64,000 nt of DNA from Sphaerodactylus townsendi (taxonomy: Eukaryota). A program made the position numbers and the translations under genes. The first letter of the stretch is position 1; each line of letters begins with the position of its first letter. Positions 1 through 12,264 of the stretch are shown here, piece by piece. Below the pieces are notes generated by a model. The model was not told where the DNA came from. It made no database searches and saw only the letters and a list, made by a program, of their open reading frames with translations. Location of the stretch: positions 59,024,001-59,088,000 of the forward strand of contig NC_059429.1 of NCBI RefSeq assembly GCF_021028975.2, written 5' to 3'.

Positions 1-464
1 CTAAACTGACATTACCACAACGTTCATTCTAAAAAGGATTAAAGTTAAAAGACAAACCTGTGTGTGCGTGGGGGGGGAATGATTAAATAGGTTCTAATTG
101 CTAAAGAGCATTTACATTTTTCAAGCAAAATGCTTTAAAACAATAAAAGGAAAATTAACTACTGATGTATATTTTGAATGTTATTAACAAAACAAGCTAG
201 AATTAATGGCATTATCTGTGAAACTGGATTTAATATATGAATTGTGAAAGTCATGCTGTTTAAAATGTGTAAGAGTAGAAACATGTCACCTTCTCTTAAA
301 AAAAGAAAAACAACAACAAGTTTAGCAGGAAAGTGTTCAAGGGAAATTCTTATGAATGGGAAGTCAGGTATAACCAACTTCTATATTCTTAGGAGTCATT
401 CAATTCTTCACCCAGTAGTCTCTAATAGCTAGAACAGAGTTCCTTAACATAATGACAATGGATG

Positions 465-838
465 CCATGGCTCCCACCATCACCTTTCCTGGTACTCAAC
501 AAGTGTTTCTAAAAAGAGGATGGGGGTAGGTGGGGCTTTTCCCAGGGTCACTGGTGCTCTGATTGACTGTGCAGATTTTTAAGTTGTATCAGCAGCAATT
601 GCCACTGTGACTGACGATAAGGTGTGTTATGCAAGAAGTCTGAGCCATTTATTCATTTTAAAATGCATCCTCTTCAGCAGAACTCTACCTGACATGTTGA
701 AGAATTACTGTTAAGAGTTATGCATGACCTCACTCCTGAGATGCAGTGTGGCTCCACCTATTGTGGCAGCCATTTTATGATTTCACCCACCATGCAGTGT
801 CAGAATTACAAAGGATCTCACAGAGCCAAAAAGGTTGA
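465..838 (-). mobile_element. Old hAT-Charlie-like non-autonomous DNA transposon fragment
   Basis: Reverse-complement similarity to 17282-17512 (ctctgattg.ctgtgcagattttt, gcagccatttt, aaaaaggttg terminus). Boundaries approximate. Confidence 0.5.
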
Positions 839-2039
839 CAAAAACAATTTTATCCCCTCATGGATGGCCACAATCTGCAATAAAATTGACTTCACCTAGA
901 ATTCTTCTGACTGGAGTAAATTCTATGATGGAGTTCTGCATAATATCACCTCCAACAGGACCATGCGGTCTCTTCTTTCAGTATTCGCTGATATTGGCTA
1001 AAAAACTCTGTCATTTGGTTTCCTAACAAATGTTGTTCAGAAAGATAAAGTACATGAAAATGTACCTTCAATGGAGAAAAAAGTTGAATGATAGGAAAAA
1101 ACAGAGGATGCAGAAAACTTGAGGGTGCAAAAATAATTTCAATTTAATACTTCGCCTCATCTAAATGGCCACCATGAAAGAAGCACTTGAGTTCACCAAT
1201 GCTGGCCATTTCTACATACTTCCAAGAAAGAGTATCGATGCTGTAAACCCACTGAATCAATTGGCTTAAAGTGGAGTAACCTAAGCATAAGATAGGGTTC
1301 AACAGTACAATTGTAACAACACTTTCCTGGGAGTAAATCTGATTGAATAAACCTGAGTATTTCTCAAGTACAAAGAAAAATCTGTCTGAATGTGGCACTA
1401 TATTGCATTAAATTCTAAAAGAAGAATATGATTTTTTACAACTTGTTTTTTAAAGGATAATATGCAAAACCTGATCTTGGGAGATATAAATCACCATAGA
1501 ATGATAACACAAAATTTGCTGAATGAAACCTTTAAGATCTGCCATAGGCTTTGAGCTAAAATTTCCAAGTAATAAAGATGGTGCACTGTATAGAATGAGC
1601 AGGAATAGGATGGGTAGGTGGAACATGTAACAATTTAGAATTGATTGATTAAAAATAAAGAAGACATAGTATATTGAAACAGAACATCCAAATATGCTGG
1701 CATACAAACATTCTTCTTACTGTTTGGGTTTGTTTTTTTAAAAGAATAGTGATATTGACAACAAAATTAAAACCTTAAAATGAATATTGAAAATGTATTA
1801 AGCAATTGTAAGTGAAAACAGACACATGCAGAAACAGAACAAAAACAAAATACCATACACACCATCATGTAGCAACTGCTACATCTTATATTCTAATAGT
1901 AAAGGTGGCCATATCTTTGCATACTTAAATACAGTAACTGGAGCTGTGAATGGGATATACAGATCTTTCTGAAATCTGAACAACATAGGTTTAGAAAAAT
2001 CTGTCTGAAAAATGTGAAATCTAAATAAAAAATACATTG

Positions 2040-2192
2040 ACAGTGACCAGTTCTCTTGGAAAAAATGGCTTCTTGGAAGGTAGACTGTATGCCATTGTGA
2101 CCTGATGAAGTTGCTTTATTTTGCAAACCTTGCCTCCCAAGGCTCTACCCCTAAACCTTCAGGAATTTCCAAACCTGGTGATGGCAACCCTA
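2040..2192 (+). mobile_element. Partial MITE of the TAGGGTTGCCA-terminated family (hAT-Blackjack-like)
   Basis: gaaaaaatggct...ggaaggtagact.tatg.catt...ggcaacccta matches the copy at 6225-6442. Confidence 0.65.
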
Positions 2193-2481
2193 AAGGGAAG
2201 CAGGAAAAGGAAACAATCTATGGGGGTTTACCGAAAGGGTAAGAGATGCCAGGGAAGGGGAAAATGAGATGCCTCTCAAACCTCCTTGTGGGTTCCTACT
2301 TGTTAATGTTTGATTAAATCTGTTGTAAACATAGCTTTCAGTTCTCAAGACCTGAGCAAGGCTGTCTGTCATAGGATGTCTAGAAAGTAATAATTCAAAG
2401 GATCACCATAAATTGAAAGCAACTTGATGGCACATAATACTCACAATATAGCAAAGTAAAAACTATCAAAAATATGTACAA

Positions 2482-3519
2482 TCTGTATAGATAAAAAGCT
2501 AACAGTGACTTTGTTAGTCACTCCCTAACGCCAAAACAGCTGGACGGATCGCCCCCAAATTTTCACATGACGTTCCTCCCTGTTGCAGGCAGGTAATCGG
2601 ACCTTCAAATCGCCGAAAGACCATACCTGAGCCAGGTAAAACGTCTTTTCCCTTGTGCAACAGGCCATGAAGCTGTTTGTGTTTAACTGTCACCCTTAGA
2701 TTGTTCGTGCAGCCTGTCTGTCTGTGGCCTGAGGGCTTGGTATGAGGGCTTAGGATGTTCACTCAGATGGCCAGAGATGAGCATTGAAAATAGTAAATAG
2801 GTAACACTGTTAGGTAATACGACTGGAAATGAATCACACACTTTGCCGTGTGAGACACCAGGTGGGGTTCCCCCCCCCCACATGCAGGTAACGTTCACTC
2901 TCTGTGCCTCACTTACTGCTACTACATAACACACATACTTTCACACACATCCAGCTCATCCTCACACACTTCACTCTGCCCTCCCTCACATCCAACCACC
3001 ACTTACGCACTTCCTCACCCATATTTGCCACAGCTCTCTTTTACTAAAAGCGAGCTGGAGTTTGCCTTTTTCTTCTGAGAAAATCTGCGGGGTGGGGGCG
3101 AACCAACACTACTGGCTCCGCTTCTTTTGCACATGGCCCTTTAAGAACCCAGGGAGCTGGCCTCGATCTGAACGCCTCACCACCCTGCCTCTGCTGCCTG
3201 ACTGGGATAGCCTCCTTGCCCCAGTTCTGCCTTACCCAAGCCAGGACTGTGGCAAAAGGTGTCAACCAGCCCTCCCTATGGACCAGCGCGGGATTCGCAC
3301 TCTGGACAGTTCCGCTGTGGAATGGAAAGGGTTACATTATACTAAAAAAACAAGACACCATGATATAACAATGTGAATTGAAAAGGGAAAGAGGGATTCC
3401 ATTTGACCCCCCCAAAAGGCTATGCTGTGGATCATTGGACCTGCATGGACATCTGTGTGGTTTGCGGATTTTGATGAGAAGGACAATTGCAACAGCAACG
3501 CGTGGCCGGGCCCCACTAG
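2482..3519 (+). mobile_element. Non-autonomous Helitron
   Basis: 5' TC start (a|TCTGTATAGATAAAAAGCT) and the Helitron-type motif gctggacggatcgcccccaaatttt. The 3' GC-rich hairpin remnant (gcaacagcaacgcgtggccgggcccc) is followed by CTAG|t. Inserted between A and T with no TSD. Confidence 0.8.
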
Positions 3520-6224
3520 TGTTTAATAAAAGAAGAGTGATCATTAAGTCTAGGAATATGGACTTAAAAGTGACCCACAATATTATCAGTTCCTTATGGA
3601 CAGAAATTAGTGGCCTTGTATCTTATGGTACAGTTATGCCAGTAATGTGAAGAGGTTAAACTAAATCACCTAATCTCCTTTCCTTGTAATAGCAGCCACC
3701 AATTTCTTCAAAATATGTCTGCAACATCTACCACTACTTTCCTTTTCTTAAAAAAATATTTAATGTCAGCATTGAATTTGCTGCTATCTTTAGTTAGTTG
3801 CCACAGATAAAAGTTGTTTCATGTTCAGGCTACAATGGCATAGAAAGAGGGGGGAAGATAAAATAGCTTTCTAAAACTTATCCTATTCAATTTCACTGGT
3901 GGCATGTTTCAGCAGAGAGCTTTCAAACAGATCATTCAGATGTCCGAGTGACACCTGCCTGGCAGAGTGGGAAAAGAGATGTAAAGACAGACCAAGAGAA
4001 AACTCTAAGCAAAACCAGACATTATTCACTAGACACTGAGGAAATGCAGCTTCTGTCTGAAGACATATTGACCTGATCTAAGGTTTATATTCCTTAACTA
4101 TATGTTAACCTTGACAGGTGTGCAACATAAGGTATGGATTCCAATTCCTGTCTCTAGTAGGAGGAGTGTTATAACTCACCAGACAGATATTGCCATCTCT
4201 AGAGCTTGTCGCTATCAAGAGAGAAAGAAATCCAACAAAGTTGGCATACTTACTTCTGCACTCTTTGAAGCACAACCCTGGTAATGTCATCAATAAAGAA
4301 AGACTTTACAATGTAATTTCAGCTATTAACTATTTCAGCTAGTTTGATCAGGAATACAGATAAATCAACAGCCTTGGGCATCTGTGGAGTTATGGAATTT
4401 TTAAAAGGTAGGGAAACCCACCAAGTACAACAGGCACACTGCAGAATTACTAAATTTGCTAGCTTCTAATTCACAACAAATACTGATGGTGTTCATCTAT
4501 TAACATATCCTTTAGTCTCCATTTTTGTAGAAAACTTCACTATGCTACTGGATCTGCTTTTGTTCTAAAAGTGATGTGAATTCAAACTAGTAGTGATACT
4601 ATGGTGTAGGCATTATTCTGATTTTTCTGCTTGTGTTTACTTTCATTGTGGAATATTCACTCAAGCTGGAAAAAAAGCCACATTCATCTGACATAAACTT
4701 CAGATTGTCATCAAAATGTTTTGCCAAAGGCAGCTTCATAAGAGTCTATTATGATTGAACAAGAGGCATAGCAAACACTGAAAGGACCATGCTTCACTGC
4801 CCTGGGTGTATTTGAGCCAAGATGGCACACATCAAGTACTAGACTTCCACATTCCTAATGCAGACTTTACTGGATGTCTGCACCATATTTCTAGATGCTT
4901 GTTGCACATCTGAATTGCCAGCTTTTTGTATAATTATAACTGTATCTCTAGAGGACTCTAAATGCTTGCTTTCTCCCATCAATTTGTTATTTTAGTTGTC
5001 CTATTTCCTATTTTTAGTTCCTTATATGAACTGCAAGGTTAGGTATTCTGGATATACTGAAAGCAATGCACATCCCACCTAACACAGAAAAGTCCCTTAA
5101 AATGGAAAATAATATGAAATGCTATTTTAACAAAATAGGCCATTCAATAGAACTGATAATGAGGTTCCCTTTTCCTTACCTAAAAGTTTTACAAATGAAT
5201 TTCCAGGTTCTTTTCTCTGTGTGCACATGTTCTAGATTTTTAAGACAGAAATGTCTTGATACCCCAGCAAGTCCATAATATCTTAATGTAGTGGCATACC
5301 CAAAAGTACAAAAATCTGCTTAAGGTCTAATTCTATACCAGACTTTGGGCAATGGTGAGTTATTGATCCCAAAAAACTGGGTAAAAGCATTGCTGCTTGA
5401 GGGGAGTAGCTAAAACCCTCCTAGATTTACAAAATAAATTGAGTACAACATACTTGGGCGCCCGAGAGGAACAGAAGCCTCACGAGCAGAGAAAGCTTGG
5501 AGGCTGCCGGGAAGGCAGCAGCCAACAGGAGGCTGTCCCTTCACCAGGAGCAATGACGACCACGGTGAGTCACAGTCACTTTTTAGCAACACAAATAATG
5601 TAAGTGTTAGTGAACTGATTCCAGTAGTTGTGTGGGGCTTGTCTCAGACTCAATATGCCTTGTGCAAAAAAATACCATTGCCTTCAAGTGAAAGTCCTTT
5701 TGCCCATGCAACAACAGTAGTTTGATTAATTCTATATTGGGAATCATATCATGACCTTTGTGGATGTGAGGTAGATCATATCCAAAAATCTTGCCTAATT
5801 TCTTATTTAGAGAAGAACCCCCCCCCCAAGCTACCAGAGGTATTATTGAATAAAAATAGGGTCTTCTGAGATCTTAACAAATAAAATGAATGACACTGGA
5901 AAACATGTTGTACCAAAAGATGTATTTTAGATCCTGTCCTACATATTCACTTTAACTTCATGGATAGTGAGATAGCATCAGTTGAACAGTGTGTGTGTTT
6001 GTGTGTGTGTCTGTGTGAGAGAGCGAGAGAGAAATCCAGACTGTCCGGTTCACTGAGTTTAGATGTTGAATGGGAACCTACCAAGTTGATACTAAAAAAA
6101 ATATTCACTGCATCACGCTGAATAGTGGTGCAAAGTGACATCAAGTCTTAGCCAACTGTGAGTTCATATGGTTTTCAAGGCAAGATATTTCAGAGTAGGT
6201 TTGCTGTTGCTTGCCTCTGCTAAT

Positions 6225-6442
6225 TAGGGTTGCCACACTCCAGATGACCCCTGGAGATCTTCCTTGATGACAACTGCACTTCAGATGATAAAGATCCATT
6301 TCCCAGGAGAAAGTGGCTGCTTTGGAGGGTGGGCTGTATGGCATTATACCCTGATGAGGCCCTCCTCTCCCCAAGATCCACCTTCCTCGTGCTCCACCCC
6401 TCAAATCTCCAGACATTTGCCAACCCAGAGCTGGCAACTCTA
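6225..6442 (+). mobile_element. MITE with TAGGGTTGCCA...TGGCAACTCTA termini (hAT-Blackjack-like)
   Basis: Terminal inverted repeats are visible, and the internal sequence recurs at about 2040, 14081, 28300, 29660, 33555, 43155 and 53549. Confidence 0.75.
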
Positions 6443-6461
6443 CTACATAGTGACCCCATAC

Positions 6462-6550
6462 ATCCTTGGTGGCCTCTCCTCCAAATACTAGCCAGGGCCA
6501 GTCTTGCTTAGTTTCCAGGATTTGACAACAACAGGCTAGCCAAGGTCACA
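6462..6550 (-). mobile_element. 5S rRNA-derived SINE head remnant (5S-Sauria type)
   Basis: cctccaaatactagccagggccagtcttgcttagtttcc resembles the reverse complement of 5S rRNA (CCATCCAAGTACTAACCAGGCCCGACCCTGCTTAGCTTCC). Confidence 0.6.
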
Positions 6551-7849
6551 CAATACTATCAAGCTATTCAGTCACCTTGAATATCATCAAACTATTTTAA
6601 ATGTCTAGATCAAACTATCACTTATTGTCATTACAGTAGTACCCTTTGAAAATACCTTAGAACTCTAAAATGTAATATATATACTGAAAAAACATTTTCT
6701 TTTACCTCCTGCAAGGTCTTGCAAAACTCTGGACTTGTCTCTCATTTTAATGCATTTTTTAAAAATAAAAAGATCCTTGGTTTCTCTATTTTTTCTTTAA
6801 GGCAGGAAATATTTCTGTGAATATTTATCCATTAATTTTAAATAAGTGTATTTTTAACCAGAAGTTCAAGAGTCTAAAATTGCAATTAATCTTCCTGCTC
6901 ATCCATTTCATAATTGTCTCTAGCATTTTTCCTATGAAAGGACAAGCTATACCCTGCAAAAGAGACTTACGCAGCTTTTTGCAAATCCCCAGAGACAGTA
7001 TGTCAAGTTAAAGTATACAAGACCTTCCTTATAACATATTATTTACATTACTATTTTCATGCTGTGGTGTGCATGACCTATTCCAAATTTTATTGCAAAT
7101 AAAAAGTGTTTGTTTTGCTTCCACAGCAAATATTATCTGACTCTAGTTATAATCCTTGCTTTATTACACTATTCTAAATCAAACTATAGGTCTAATATGC
7201 TAGCTGTATATAAAAAGAGCAAACAAATATAAAAGAAATAAATTGGAGGTATGTGCCAAACTGCAACAGGCATTTTATTCAGATGATAGCTGGAACTGCA
7301 GCTATAGGCTTATGTTGCCTAATACACTAACACCGTCCAAAAAAATAGGGCAAGATGATGGCCCTTTCTTCCTATTTCTTGTAAACAACAGAATAGCTGG
7401 CTTTTATAGAGAAAGCAACACTGTTTACTGTCAAAATACAATATTAAAACACTGCTACCAAATTACTCTTAACCACTCAAAGTCACACAGCACTTCATTA
7501 TTACTAATGAGAAACTTACATTCAGGTGGCCTGAATATATATATATATATATATGTATATCTAAACCACATCTATATATCTAAATCAGAGCATGGCCCCC
7601 AAAAAGAGACAAATCTGCACAATGGTACCATATACTGAGAAGAATTCTTCTACTAACCTCAAGGAGTGCACAAAACTCCTAAAAGACAAAAAAAGATGAG
7701 AGGGATTTTTTTTTAAAAAAAAACCTTCCGAATTGCTGAAGCTGAGATTTCATGACATTACATTATGAGGTTTCAATTGCTACTTTGAGGGTTGCCTAGC
7801 AGTTCCCATAAACAATGTCAAAGCATCTGACAGCGTATAGGGAGATCAG

Positions 7850-10060
7850 AAGGAAGAAAGAGGAACAAGCAGGTAGGCAAGAACAGAAGAAGGCATCAGG
7901 AAGACACTATGGCATTGAAAGAGTGAAGAGGAGAAATATGGTGATAGAAGGAGAGTAGGAGCAGCAGCAGTGGCAACAGGATCAAGATGATTGAGTGATG
8001 ACCCAACTTTGCTTGTTACTGGTGGTAGGCATACGAGGCTGCGAAGACTCTGGCATAGATACAGACGATCAGAATTTCCCCCACCTTGGCAGAGAGCACA
8101 TATGCCCCACAGTGATGACAAACAGTTTGGCTGGACTTGAGGGCAAGGTTCCAGAGCTTCAGACATAGGAGGAGTATGGAAATGAAGGCCCATATTGCTC
8201 CTTCCCATCATAAACACAGTAAAACTCTCTAAGATGAATAAAATAAAGTTTTACTTACTTCTAACTGTTGTTCATCAAGTGTCTTCTGGGCAGGAACACA
8301 TGGGAATGCACAGGCACAGGCTGGCCACAGAGATCTGACCAAAAGACTTCTAATAGCTTTGGAGCACTGTAGAAGAGCACCATTAGAACAGACAGTATAT
8401 CTGCAGTGGGAAAAGGAGGGAGGGATGTGTGCCTGAACAAAAGACACTCAATGAACATCAGTTATAGGCAAGTGCAACTTTGTTTTCTTTGTTCTGTCTT
8501 CTTCACTGTGTCTTCAGTCCAGTCCCATATAAGAGAGTAGTAAGCTTCTGAAGCATAGAAGTGGCTGAGGCCTTGTCAATTAAACAATTACTTAAAAAAT
8601 TCCTCTCCCAACAGTTGCATGTCTCCTGAAGTCCATATCTTTTTATCCTCTGGTAAGTCTTTTTATCCTCTGGTAAGGAGTCAATTAGATGTGACATCCA
8701 TTCTTCAAGGAATATTTGATAGCAACTCAATACGACAGTGACCCATCACTCTGAGATCTAATGCACCCAGGAAGTACAATTGACAACCCAAAGTGTCTAG
8801 CTTCCTTCTTTCTTTATCCATGGGGAAAGAATGTAATGTGTAAATATAACAGGATGGCAAACCCCACCCCCCCCCACCCCACCATGACTAAGAAAATAGA
8901 TATGGGGTGGTGAAACAGGAATTCAGATCCATGCTGTTTCAGTTTTACACAAATTCTCCACTTTTTCATGGAGGCTTGACTAGAGGAAAGTCTCACCTAT
9001 GCACCCTTAACAATTTCTTGGATGCCCTCTATCAGTGCTGTAGGGGACACTCATGACTGGATCCAAGGACCTCAGATCCAACTAAACATAGTCCAAGTCC
9101 AAGGCTTTAGCCATTCAGACAAATTGTCTTGAGTAGAGCTAGAGGTCCCCCACTGGAAAAACTGGAGATGGATTTCCAATTTTGTCTTCAGGGCTTTCCC
9201 CACTACAGAAGGGAGCTAAGGTCGACTCGGTTCCCTTCAGTGGAGGGCGATTCCAGGCTGTCCCCACAGCAAGTGAGGGAAAGCCCCTTCAAGAGAAGAG
9301 CATGGAACTCGACGCTGGACTGGAAGGGTGATTGTTGAAGGAATCTTGGCACAGATGTGGTGAAAGAATGCTTTGACATTGAAGTGTGTTGGACAGTTGC
9401 TCTCTGACAACAAGAAGAGATGCAACATGGAAGAAGCATGTTCTTCCCTTCAGTGGAGGGCGATTCCAGGCTGTCCCCACAGCAACTGGGGAAAGCCCCT
9501 TCAAGAGAAGAGCACGGAACTCAACGCTGGACTGGAAGGGAGATTGTTGAAGGAATCTTGGCAAAGATGTGGTGAAAGAATGCTTTGACATTGAAGTGTG
9601 TTGGACAGTTGCTCTCAGACAACAAGAAGAGATGCAACATGGAAGAAGCATGTCCCAGTGGTTGCATGGGAGCATATAAATCCCAGAACAGCAAGGAAAG
9701 GAAGACTGGGAAAAATGGGGGAAATCTTGCAGTTGATAAGAGGAACAAAGTAGTTTTCACCTTCTTTGGGGGGCTTTTTAACAGGGCACTAAAGCTGCAT
9801 CAGAAGATAACCCAGACAGAATAGTAAGAACTGAAGGAGCTGAGTACTCTTTGAAGACTCACTGGAAAGAGTATCCATTGAAGTAAGAGAATTATCCCAC
9901 AGAGCAGCCTTAAGCCTTGAAGCCTGTTTATGTCTGGCCTTTGCATTGAGGGAGTGGCAAGACAGAAATGCATAAGAGATATGTGTCTTACTAAGACAGA
10001 AGAGGCATTCTTCATCCTCATCATTCTAAGTCTTCATTGTTACATTTGGAACACTTTTTT
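7850..10060 (-). mobile_element. Highly decayed DIRS (tyrosine-recombinase) retrotransposon remnants
   Basis: DIRS-type terminal block at about 8245-8510 (acttacttctaactgttgttcatcaagtgtcttctg ... gacactcaatgaacatcagttataggcaagt) is homologous to 43978-44695. Gag-like remnants on the minus strand near 9280-9400 and 7850-8170. Outer limits approximate. Confidence 0.6.
9231..9655. repeat. Tandem duplication, 2 x ~213 bp
   Basis: Unit 1 is 9231-9443 and unit 2 is 9444-9655. Both start ttcccttcagtggagggcgattccagg and end gcaacatggaagaagcatgt, with only a few differences. Confidence 0.95.
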
Positions 10061-11081
10061 GAATAACACCATCACTGAGAGAAAAAAATCCTGAGGTAAA
10101 GTGAATCACTCAGCAAAGCAAGTACTTTCTCCATGATGGTGAAAAAAGAACTAAGGAAGTAATGTTCTCCCCTCTTCCCATGTTATTATTTGGGTGGGAA
10201 ACCAGCCCTCCCTTGAGAGGGAGGGCGAACAACCTTTTAGTCAGATCTCTGTGGCCCGTCCATTTGGGACTGCACTGCATTAAAGACACTATGATGAGCA
10301 TTCATTTTTGCCACTACGGAGGAGTGCCCCAATGCTAAAATCATATTGTAAAAGTTTTTCTTTAAATGTATGAGTGCATATATATTGTATTCTATAGACT
10401 CAATTTGGTTTATAGCAATTTTACCAATACTTGTCCATAAAGTGCTCACAATTTAAGTAACTTAAACAAAAAAATAGAATGTATCTGCAACAACTAGATA
10501 TGAATAGCCAAAAGCCCCTGTTCCTTTAGTGTTCTCTTTATACCTGATTTGCTTTCTTTTAACCTTTTCATCATATCTATGTTCTTGCCACTTATTTTAT
10601 GCATTTTCTTTTATTTAGCACTTCATCCTTTGCTTGCTTTATTACTGCTGTCTTCTCCTGTGTTTATACAACCTCTCTGCTACAGTGACAATGAAAATCA
10701 CTTTAATGGTATCACTAATGTGCTAACTGTTATTGTAGTCTGTTCCATATTTCATTAGTCTCCCCCCCCCCATTAAAGTCAGGAATAAATAAAATAGATA
10801 GCTATTGAATCAGCAGAATTGCCATTCCTGAAAGTGTGTATATTCCAGTTTCCTACTCTTGAACCCCAATTGAAGCCAACTGTGCAAGCTGAAGGTGGCA
10901 ATTTATAATTTCGGGCTATGCCCTAACACCAAAATCTTACTCTCTCTCTCTCACTCTCTCTCTCTCGCCTCAAAAGAGAAGAGAATCCTTGCAATTGTGA
11001 ATGGCTTTTCAAATGCAATCTAAAAATTCAGACTATTTTAAACTGATACCAAGAGACTCATAAAAGGGACTGCTGGCATCT

Positions 11082-11198
11082 ATGCAAATTAAGAGTACAC
11101 ATTTCCCTCCCTGCATCACTGAGCAAAGGACCCTCACACAGAAAACAGAGCAGCAGCAGCTCCAGCTTTGCTTCAGAAATGGTCTGAATGACGTCATT
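11082..11198. promoter_or_regulatory. Octamer motif plus full palindromic CRE (candidate enhancer or alternative promoter)
   Basis: ATGCAAAT at 11082-11089. TGACGTCA at 11189-11196 inside the perfect 12-bp palindrome AATGACGTCATT (11187-11198), in apparently unique sequence. Confidence 0.4.
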
Positions 11199-11958
11199 AG
11201 TGTCATGGTTACAACATGGCTGCACAAAGCATTGGTCATGTTTCTTGTCAGTGACACAATGGATCAGTTCAAACAGCAGGGCTGTTTTCAGCCCCCCTTT
11301 CTGCAAAATAGAGATAATTTCTCTCTTGCATGAGTATATGTGAAATCCTCCACAGAAAAATGCTAGAGAACTGTGTTGCAGGTTACTTTTATTATTATCT
11401 CCTTGCATAAGATCCAAATGAGTATTCAGCCTAAAGCAATAGATTCAGTAATATGCTCAATTAGTACTCTCTGAGCATCAGCAAACCACTTTTTATGTAA
11501 TCTGGTTCATGCATAGGTAATGTGCACTGCCGAACATAAAAAAGAGAATGTTCCATTTCCCTCCCATGTAGGCTGATTGTCTTGGAGCTTTGGGCAGAAT
11601 TAGTGATTTGAAACATAAGAAAAACAAAATAGACACCACTTCCCCCTAGCAGTTGTTATGTTAAAATATGTCTAGATATATACGTTTTGCAAAGTATAAT
11701 TCAAAATATCCAGGAATTAGGTGTATGTTTCTTATACAAGAAATGTAATAAAATGATTACACAGATGTTTAAAAGCACAAATACCAATTTAAATAAACAG
11801 ACAATTTATATAAATAGGCATAAGAATTTGATGGACAAATGAAATAATGATAAGGGAAAAAAGATTTTAACCAGCTTCCTATTTTTTCTTATAAGATCAC
11901 AATAGCAACATTTACTTTTTTGCAATTCCACCTGTTTTGAGATTAATCTTTATTTATA

Positions 11959-12264
11959 GATCTTGAGCCACTTAAAACCAGATATATCACTAGAAGGGAA
12001 AATAACCAGGCTCAGACTTAATTACTTTGGTCATGTGATGTGATCAAATTCGCTAGAAAACTCTATGCTGCTCGGTCTTGTCAATGGCAGGAGAAGACCT
12101 GGATGCCAAAGAATACGATGGCTGGATACCATAAAAGCTGATACAGGCATGAGCATCAACCAGATGAAGGAAGCAGTACTTAATCAAAAAATGTGGAACG
12201 AGCTTGCATATCGGGTCACCAAGGGTCGAGAACGACTGAATGGATATCATCATCAACATCATCA
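11959..12264 (+). mobile_element. RTE-clade (BovB-related) LINE 3' end
   Basis: Translates SLEGKITRLRLNYFGHVM*SNSLENSMLLGLVNGRRRPGCQRIRWLDTIK...RVTKGRERLNG, the RTE/BovB C-terminal signature, followed by a (CAT)n-like tail. Confidence 0.88.

Noticed and set aside
5174-5190. Possible recursive splice site TTTTAG|GTAAGG on the sense strand (the paralog PDE4D is known to splice recursively)
   Set aside because: The pyrimidine tract is only about 5 nt and is preceded by an A-run; no support without RNA-seq sawtooth or conservation data.
9231-9655. CRISPR-like or coding repeat array
   Set aside because: Only two long adjacent units with no spacers, in a eukaryotic retroelement context.
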